A DNA stretch of 64,000 nt, taken from positions 96,001 to 160,000 of IMG/VR virus record IMGVR_UViG_3300015214_000026, one strand, 5' to 3'. The stretch's first letter is position 1. Every line of letters begins with the position of its first letter. Source of the stretch: a virus (taxonomy: Duplodnaviria > Caudoviricetes). The translations under genes were made by a program, and so were the position numbers. Positions 57,753 through 64,000 of the stretch are shown piece after piece. The notes beneath the pieces were generated by a model, which had not been told where the DNA came from, did no database searches, and saw only the letters and a list, made by a program, of their open reading frames with translations.

Positions 57753-58739
57753 TCAAAGTTTTCTCTGAATGGCTTTCATGCAAGATTTATTACCTTTAAG
57801 ACAAAAATCCTTTAATACGCAATCTCCATTTTTAATACCTCTATCCAAATCCTGTTTTCTAGATTCTGCTGTTTGTGGTCCTTTATAGAAACCTAAGCCC
57901 ATATAGGAATCGTAAGACTCTTCATCTACACACGGCCTATTTTTTACGATCTTATTTAGTAGCGTTTCTGCTTTAGAAGAATAACCGTCCGCTTTATCCA
58001 TTATTTTATTCAGCTTGGTTAACATAGCGTTGTTAGCACAAGCCTGATCGATGAATTTCATGAATTTTTTTGTCTTTTTCTTATTCCATGGCTTCAATAC
58101 CTTGTAGTATGACTCGTTATTAGATATAACGTCGCCTCTATCTACATATATAAGACACCATCCTACAATGTTCAATCCAAATTCTTGAGTAAGTAAAGAG
58201 GAATAAGAGGAAATCTGTATAATAGAGGATTTTGAGGCGGGGTATTTATTTCTCCATGTATATGGCTCTCTAAGTTTGTTTCTAGTTAAATTGCTAGTTT
58301 TGAAATCAATTACAATGAACTTACCAGGCAGTATCTCTATAACCAGATCAACATGACCAGATAAGCCATTATAGAAAATAGTTATTTCTTCATATTCAAT
58401 AGTGTAGTTAGCATACTTTTTAGGAATATCATTGTAGAAACAAGGACCGATTACCTCTCCGGTCTCCCTTATTTTCCAGCAAGCGTATATTCTAGGTCTA
58501 GCTTCGTTGGAAATGGTGGCCCATTTCTGTATGGTTTCGTGTACCGCTGTACCTATAGACGTATAAAAATCCATCCCAAACGAAGCATTTCCAGGCTTAT
58601 TAAATAATAATGCCCTAATAGGGCAATATGGCATACTGGAAATTCTAAATTCGGGTTTTCTGGTGGAAGGTTGTTTAGCTTCACCTATAGATAGCATAAA
58701 TGAATCTATTAGTTGTTCTAGCTTAGAACGAGTAGACAT
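57753..58739 (-). CDS. PD-(D/E)XK nuclease, Cas4/RecB-like
   Basis: R.S....CP, GTAVHE, GHVD...IDFKT, Q..SY, C-terminal Cys cluster. Confidence 0.8.
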   Translation of the reverse strand: MSTRSKLEQLIDSFMLSIGEAKQPSTRKPEFRISSMPYCPIRALLFNKPGNASFGMDFYTSIGTAVHETIQKWATISNEARPRIYACWKIRETGEVIGPCFYNDIPKKYANYTIEYEEITIFYNGLSGHVDLVIEILPGKFIVIDFKTSNLTRNKLREPYTWRNKYPASKSSIIQISSYSSLLTQEFGLNIVGWCLIYVDRGDVISNNESYYKVLKPWNKKKTKKFMKFIDQACANNAMLTKLNKIMDKADGYSSKAETLLNKIVKNRPCVDEESYDSYMGLGFYKGPQTAESRKQDLDRGIKNGDCVLKDFCLKGNKSCMKAIQRKL

Positions 58740-58912
58740 ATATTGCTTTCTTAAATATGAATGTAATATGGAATTACCTATTATTTACGGGAAGTATTTT
58801 TTATTTTCAAAAATCGAATACCTCCGAAAAGTGACTTTTTTCATTTATTGACATATTAGCAAGTAGACCCCACCCCTTATTTGATTTCATACAAGCACTA
58901 TTATCAATAAAT

Positions 58913-59002
58913 ATATAGTTATATATATATATAGGAAGAATAGAGAATAGAGAATAAACAATAACAACTAGATAAATAACCAACTAGATAAATAACCAAC
59001 TA
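58913..59002. repeat. AT-rich tract and direct repeats at the strand-switch point (candidate origin)
   Basis: (AT)n run; AGAATAG x3 (58937-58957, last imperfect); CAACTAGATAAATAAC x2 plus partial (58965-59002). Confidence 0.8.
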
Positions 59003-59161
59003 AAAAATTCTATAGCCCCCAAATCGTCTCAAATTCCACGAGGAAAAAAACTGATGAAATTTTTAGATTTTTTTTCACAAACCCCATGGGGTATCTTCGA
59101 TCTGGAAAACACTAATTCCACCTGTGGTAAATATAAATTATAGAACAAAAGGAAATTAATA

Positions 59162-60973
59162 GTGCCTAATCAAAATAAACTAAAAGCATTAGTAGCGGAT
59201 CATTCTATTACCAGCTTAGGATTAAACAGTGAAGGTAGATCAAATCTGGATACCCATGAGTTTGCTGCCTTGTTGATGCTGTTAAACAATATAGACAAAA
59301 TAGAGAATGAGTATGGTTATATTCCCATCTCGTTATTAAATCACAATGTATACTTCAAGATAACCCAAAACTTTATTATAAACAGAAAGCAGATACTTAG
59401 AGATATAGAGAATAGTGACGTAAGGAATAAGAAGGATACTCGAAATACTAGGGATACTAGGAATACTCGAAATAAGAAAATACCCGGCGGAAGCGTTAAA
59501 CAGGCGTTATCTTTCGCTTTAAAGAAGCTGGATAAGCCTAACGATGTTAACTTAGTATGGCTTACTGCTATAGATAAGGTATTCAACAACAAGACTAGTA
59601 ATAGCCGTAATGAAGTTACCCCCACTTTAGAGATATCAGTGTATGGCGATTCAGAGGGGAAGAAGTTTCATACCAAGTTTACCTTATACGTTAACAAGAG
59701 TAAGGGTAGCTACTTTTTGAATGCTAATTGCTCTCCTACACAACTATTAGTAGGAGATAACAGCTTACCTATTGGTAAACATTGTAAGACTATCAAGAGT
59801 CTGGCGGAATGGTATGTCAACTTGTTTATTTTGCCATTTATTTTTGTTTCTACCTTATTAGAAACTCATGTATTTAAAGAAACTTTTCAACTGAAAGAGG
59901 ATGTAGTTAATTTTAACATCTTATTACCTAAAACTCAATTGGCCGGCTACTCCTATAAATTTAAATCTACAGAAGAACGCTCTTTGTATATGGAATTGCT
60001 ATATCAAGTGTATTCTGCTTCCATCGTTCGTAAGAACGGTATGAGTGTGGATATGGCCAGTGTTCTGAATTTTAAATTGGAGCAGGATAAATCCACTATT
60101 ACTAAAAATAAGAATGATGTTATTTTAAACCGTAGTGGATACTTGTTAAGATTCATGTCTTCTAGCAATTATCCCACATTCTCTATGGGCTGTTATTCCA
60201 AGGATTTGGTTAACAAAGAGAAAAAGAAACGAGATAGCGAGATAAAGAGACAAGTCTATAAAGAAACAGAAACTGAAAAAGGTATTAATAAAAGTGTTAA
60301 CAACACTATTCGGTTTGATTTATCTATTCATAAGTACGGGTATGTAGCTTTATCTAAGCATTTCAGGAAAATTTATGGAGAAGAGATTCCTTTATTCAAG
60401 GAAGAGGAAGATATCACGGCTAAACGTATACTAGAATTTATGATAGCGTTAATGAAGGAAGATTCTTCCTTATCTATTATTTTCAAATACGTATTTATAG
60501 AATGTATGCGTATGGATCAATTGTTTTATACTACAAATAAGCAATGGGAACAAGCCTTTGACTATTTTAAAGAAAAAGGTATGGCCGATCTAATACCAGC
60601 TTTAAAGAAGAGACAAAATACGCATAAAGGTGAATCTTTATCCAGTTTGATGAAAAAGAAGTATAAGGGGGAAAAATACACAAATGTAACAAGAATAAAA
60701 CAAGAAATTGAAGAGCTAACAACGTCGGAAGATAAAGCCCCTGTAGATATTACATTTCCATATAGAGCTTATCAAGAAGCAAAAATGCGTAGTAGAAATA
60801 TTTTTGAAGACCTTGATATGCTGGATTACATGTATGAGACTGGGCATATACACAATAAACATGATCTTAAAGAGATAAACAAGAAAGCTTTTAAAATGAG
60901 AAGAACTTTGTATAAGGTGTTTGTTATTAAACCATTAGCAGCTATGCCTTTTGCAGATGTAGAAAAAGAATAA
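59162..60973 (+). CDS. Putative replication initiator, distantly gpII/X (Rep_trans)-like
   Basis: SPTQLLVGDN, CYSKD and IRFDL recall the SP.KLL.G.N / Y.K / LRFE motifs; AAGGA RBS before GTG. Confidence 0.45.
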   Translation: MPNQNKLKALVADHSITSLGLNSEGRSNLDTHEFAALLMLLNNIDKIENEYGYIPISLLNHNVYFKITQNFIINRKQILRDIENSDVRNKKDTRNTRDTRNTRNKKIPGGSVKQALSFALKKLDKPNDVNLVWLTAIDKVFNNKTSNSRNEVTPTLEISVYGDSEGKKFHTKFTLYVNKSKGSYFLNANCSPTQLLVGDNSLPIGKHCKTIKSLAEWYVNLFILPFIFVSTLLETHVFKETFQLKEDVVNFNILLPKTQLAGYSYKFKSTEERSLYMELLYQVYSASIVRKNGMSVDMASVLNFKLEQDKSTITKNKNDVILNRSGYLLRFMSSSNYPTFSMGCYSKDLVNKEKKKRDSEIKRQVYKETETEKGINKSVNNTIRFDLSIHKYGYVALSKHFRKIYGEEIPLFKEEEDITAKRILEFMIALMKEDSSLSIIFKYVFIECMRMDQLFYTTNKQWEQAFDYFKEKGMADLIPALKKRQNTHKGESLSSLMKKKYKGEKYTNVTRIKQEIEELTTSEDKAPVDITFPYRAYQEAKMRSRNIFEDLDMLDYMYETGHIHNKHDLKEINKKAFKMRRTLYKVFVIKPLAAMPFADVEKE

Positions 60974-60978
60974 GATAT

Positions 60979-61030
60979 ACTACACATAGGACACTACGCA
61001 TAGGGTACTACGTATAGGACATTACGTATG
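60979..61030 (+). repeat. Four 14-bp tandem repeats (ACTACRYATAGG-NN), the last partial
   Basis: Copies start at 60979, 60993, 61007 and 61021; the last contains the next ATG. Confidence 0.85.
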
Positions 61031-62155
61031 ATTATTTATACTTCCAACAATGATGTTATGCTCGTTACTTTGCCTGATAATACCAAAATAGGTATTATGG
61101 GTAAACAGGCCGTAATTATTCACTACATAATGAAGCGGATTAAGGAAAATAACAATAAGCCAGTTATGTTAACCCGGCTTGAACTACGTAATAATCTGGA
61201 TAAATACTTTGTAGATATACGCAATGATAAGGAACATCCTCTTTACGCTATTGCGAATAGACTTAATATGATGTTTAACGCTAGAGGGGAATTTTCTAAT
61301 GCATTAAAATCTTTAGTAGTTAAAAATGTTCTGGAAGAACGCCCTATAGCTTCTAAAGGTAGAGAGAATACCTATGCTTATACTATTAAACCTTTTGTAA
61401 TAGAAGATTATATTCTATATTCTCCAGAAAAAACTTCCAGGCGTAGCAAGGAAGAACAAAAGATTTCTAGGAAGGAGTACAAGAAAGCTTATCAGGAGAA
61501 GAATAGGGAAGAACTAAATCGTAAACGACGGTTGAAGTATTCTCTGGAGAAGCTAAAATCAATTGAAAAAGCTAATAGGGAATTAGCTAAGAGCCTTGAG
61601 AAAGTAGCCAAACTAAAAGAAATGGCTAAACTAAAGGAAGAGCGTAGATTGGCGGCTATTGAAAGACAGAAACAAAAAGCTCTGGAAAAAGAAGCGAAAA
61701 AGAATAAATCTAAAACGCCAATAATTTCTAATATTACTCGCGATTCAGATATTAAAATTGATCCTTCTACTATTGTAACTTCATCTAATTGTAAGGTGGC
61801 GAAGGAAAAGACTGTTATAATGTCTGCTAGTTCTTCTACGGTTAATAGTAATAAGCATTATCAACCCTATCAAGCGAGTGGCAAATATAAAGTACGTGAG
61901 AAATATATTCATGGGGAATTTAAGGCCGTCAGTCCCGGCGCTAAAACTAAACCTAAGAGAGAATTAAAGCGTAGGTACGTTACTAAAGATATGGTGAAGC
62001 GAGGTAGGATTATTCAAGTTTCGCCATTTGAACTGGAAGATATGATTAAGGATTATCTTAATAAAGGTAAAAAAATTAAAGTGTACGATCAAGTTTCGGA
62101 AGACATTAAAGCTGTTGTGCAAGGACCTGACCGTAAAACAATATTGAATAAGTAA
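61028..62155 (+). CDS. Basic protein, possible winged-helix N-terminus plus coiled coil
   Basis: ALKSLV.K.VL......GR..Y.Y pattern; 375 aa. Confidence 0.6.
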   Translation: MIIYTSNNDVMLVTLPDNTKIGIMGKQAVIIHYIMKRIKENNNKPVMLTRLELRNNLDKYFVDIRNDKEHPLYAIANRLNMMFNARGEFSNALKSLVVKNVLEERPIASKGRENTYAYTIKPFVIEDYILYSPEKTSRRSKEEQKISRKEYKKAYQEKNREELNRKRRLKYSLEKLKSIEKANRELAKSLEKVAKLKEMAKLKEERRLAAIERQKQKALEKEAKKNKSKTPIISNITRDSDIKIDPSTIVTSSNCKVAKEKTVIMSASSSTVNSNKHYQPYQASGKYKVREKYIHGEFKAVSPGAKTKPKRELKRRYVTKDMVKRGRIIQVSPFELEDMIKDYLNKGKKIKVYDQVSEDIKAVVQGPDRKTILNK

Positions 62156-62177
62156 ATAAAATTAATAGAGATAAATA

Positions 62178-63053
62178 ATGAAAATTAAGCGAAAGAAAAT
62201 TGATTCAACTGGTAAGATTGTAGACAAGAAGTCAAATAAGGAAGAACACGTTAATACAATTAACAGCTTCACTTGCAAGGCTATTCTTGGTTTGGGGATA
62301 ACTTCTGTTCTCGATTTTGTAAGGTTATGCGATAAATATAAAGCTCTTAGAGAAGCCGGTGTAGCTTATTACACAGCTACTTCTTCTAAATTCAATAAGA
62401 AGGCTACGATTCAAGTATTCGATTCGGTTAAGGAGCTGTTCAGATTTGTTGGATATATTAACAAAACACATGTAGTAGTAATTTCAGAAGTACCTGCTAT
62501 TTTAAAAGAAATCAAATGTATGGTTCCTCTTGATTATGACCAACATCGCTCATTTGAATTTAATTTTAAACCAGTAGACGTGAGCTATTTATCCAAAATA
62601 GCTAGATCGAAAACAGGCTTTGTGGAATCATCGTTGGTATCTAATGATAATTTAGGCTATCATATCGATCGTATACGTAATACTAGCGATTTAATCGCCA
62701 CATTTATTACTCTTACATCGAATTTACCTTTCGATCAAAGAACCGTCATTAGGAAGGCTTTATTTAAATTCTTTAATGCTAAGAAACCTGATCCTTCTAT
62801 TGTAACATCGATGATTATAGAGATAGCTAAGACTTTTAAGGTGAAGGATGAAGCTAAAAAATTCAATGAAGTGTTTGTAGAAGAGGCTAGTAAATATCAT
62901 ACAGCCGTTAATATACAAGGCAATAGTTTGTCTACCATTGCTAACCAATGCGGCGTAGATACATATACTCTCTCTTATATGAAGAAACTTATGCGTAACA
63001 TGGTTATAGTTAATAACCGTAATGCAAAATCTAATTTGGCGGTGTTAGGATGA
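62178..63053 (+). CDS. Hypothetical protein
   Basis: 291 aa; possible C-terminal HTH (IANQCGVD..TL). Confidence 0.65.
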   Translation: MKIKRKKIDSTGKIVDKKSNKEEHVNTINSFTCKAILGLGITSVLDFVRLCDKYKALREAGVAYYTATSSKFNKKATIQVFDSVKELFRFVGYINKTHVVVISEVPAILKEIKCMVPLDYDQHRSFEFNFKPVDVSYLSKIARSKTGFVESSLVSNDNLGYHIDRIRNTSDLIATFITLTSNLPFDQRTVIRKALFKFFNAKKPDPSIVTSMIIEIAKTFKVKDEAKKFNEVFVEEASKYHTAVNIQGNSLSTIANQCGVDTYTLSYMKKLMRNMVIVNNRNAKSNLAVLG

Positions 63054-63127
63054 CTAAATTTGATCTATTAATGTTTTTGCTGGCTATAGTCGCAGTATTG
63101 ATAGTCTATGTCAACTTTTTCGACTGA
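63050..63127 (+). CDS. 25-aa membrane peptide MTKFDLLMFLLAIVAVLIVYVNFFD
   Basis: ATGA overlap with the upstream stop; single hydrophobic helix. Confidence 0.45.
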   Translation: MTKFDLLMFLLAIVAVLIVYVNFFD

Positions 63128-63147
63128 TTTATAAAATGGAGTAGAAA

Positions 63148-64000
63148 ATGGCTGTCATAAATCCAATAGAACATAAAAAGAAGAATCTTAGGCAACATGG
63201 CAGTATTAAATACTCCAAAGATCTTTCTTCATATCAGATATGGCTAGTATTAAATAATTTGCTAACTGAAGCCGCGGCCCCTTTAGTAGCGTACTCTAAT
63301 ATGAGTACGGAAACAGCGTTATCTTGCTTATCTATATCTACAGATAATAGACGTAAGATTGCTTACTATAAGTCAGAAGTAATGCTCACAAAATTATTTT
63401 GTGAGCTTTCTCAATTTGTAGACACAGATAAAAGTAAATCTACTACTGAGGATCAAAAATTAGATTTGCTGGAATATTTGTTAAATAACGGCGTAGAAAG
63501 AAATATTGTAATAGACCATATAGCTTATTCTCTTTCTAATTTATCTAAGGACTCATTCATAAAAACAAATATGGATTTTACAAAATTAGTAAGGCATATT
63601 GAAATATATCTTGAATTATACGAAACTTTTAAGCAAGATGTAGTATTTAGATTTTATTATTTAGTAAATACATTCTCAAATAAAAATCATTATATAAAAT
63701 CCTTATCTGGTTTAAATACTTCGAAAGAGGAAATGTTTCACGCATATATTATATCTACTATACGTGCTATTGATAGATTTATTCCATATGAAGGAACTAT
63801 AGCTAGTTATATTCAAACTTGGTTTCAAAATGCGCAAGGATCATCAGATTTTATTATATATGATGATGAAGCATTTAATTTAAAGCGTGGAATAAGAAAG
63901 TCAATTCAGGACGGTGATAAGCAAATTAATAACAAAGTCATTCCCATAGATGATAAAGAGAATGATATTCATTCTATTATAGATGATTCAGTTTCTACAG
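63148..64000 (+). CDS. Phage RNA polymerase sigma70-like factor (3'-partial)
   Basis: GGAG RBS; open to the window end; EEMFHAYIISTIRAIDRFIPYEGTIASYIQTWFQNA resembles sigma regions 2.2-2.4. Confidence 0.7.
   Translation, partial: MAVINPIEHKKKNLRQHGSIKYSKDLSSYQIWLVLNNLLTEAAAPLVAYSNMSTETALSCLSISTDNRRKIAYYKSEVMLTKLFCELSQFVDTDKSKSTTEDQKLDLLEYLLNNGVERNIVIDHIAYSLSNLSKDSFIKTNMDFTKLVRHIEIYLELYETFKQDVVFRFYYLVNTFSNKNHYIKSLSGLNTSKEEMFHAYIISTIRAIDRFIPYEGTIASYIQTWFQNAQGSSDFIIYDDEAFNLKRGIRKSIQDGDKQINNKVIPIDDKENDIHSIIDDSVST

Noticed and set aside
58848-58876. TTGACA as a sigma70 promoter for the plus-strand genes
   Set aside because: No -10 hexamer at 16-18 nt spacing.
58937-61030. Repeats as a CRISPR array paired with the Cas4-like gene
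   Set aside because: Units are 7-16 bp, tandem, and have no unique spacers.
1-64000. Stop-codon reassignment, tRNA genes, or a diversity-generating retroelement
   Set aside because: Genes are intact in the standard code with all three stops used; no cloverleaf, reverse transcriptase or TR/VR pair was noticed by eye.

Overview
This window is part of an AT-rich, large contractile-tailed (myovirus, probably jumbo) phage genome. No tRNA, rRNA, CRISPR array or host genes were seen. Positions 1-58739 are an almost uninterrupted minus-strand morphogenesis region. In transcription order it holds a Cas4-like nuclease, a portal-like gene, accessory genes, neck genes, an H1/AT-hook protein, internal-head candidates, a SNF2 ATPase, a topoisomerase IB, an NAD+-dependent ligase, prohead protease, scaffold, decoration protein, major capsid, sheath, three tubes, chaperones, tape measure, baseplate and fibres. 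After a repeat-rich divergence point near 58.9 kb, plus-strand genes encode a gpII/X-like replication-initiator candidate and a sigma70-like factor (partial). Main hunt results: (1) Unrelated accessory proteins, including an Acb1-like 2H phosphoesterase, an ART-fold protein and a WCT-motif protein, share an N-terminal leader M-x-Y-(I/L)-(R/K/E)-x-(I/L)-E-x-A. E-x-A(S/A) motifs also mark domain boundaries across the head cluster. This suggests a capsid-targeting and protease-release system for injected anti-defence and DNA-handling cargo. (2) A homing endonuclease has replaced the last 26 codons of topoisomerase IB, just after the catalytic Tyr, and left the old 3' end behind. (3) A TAATTC(T/C) late-promoter motif recurs, plausibly read by the phage sigma factor. 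(4) There is a candidate +1 frameshift in the tail chaperone. (5) There is a candidate origin with iterons. All family assignments come from motif recognition by eye; no database searches were run.
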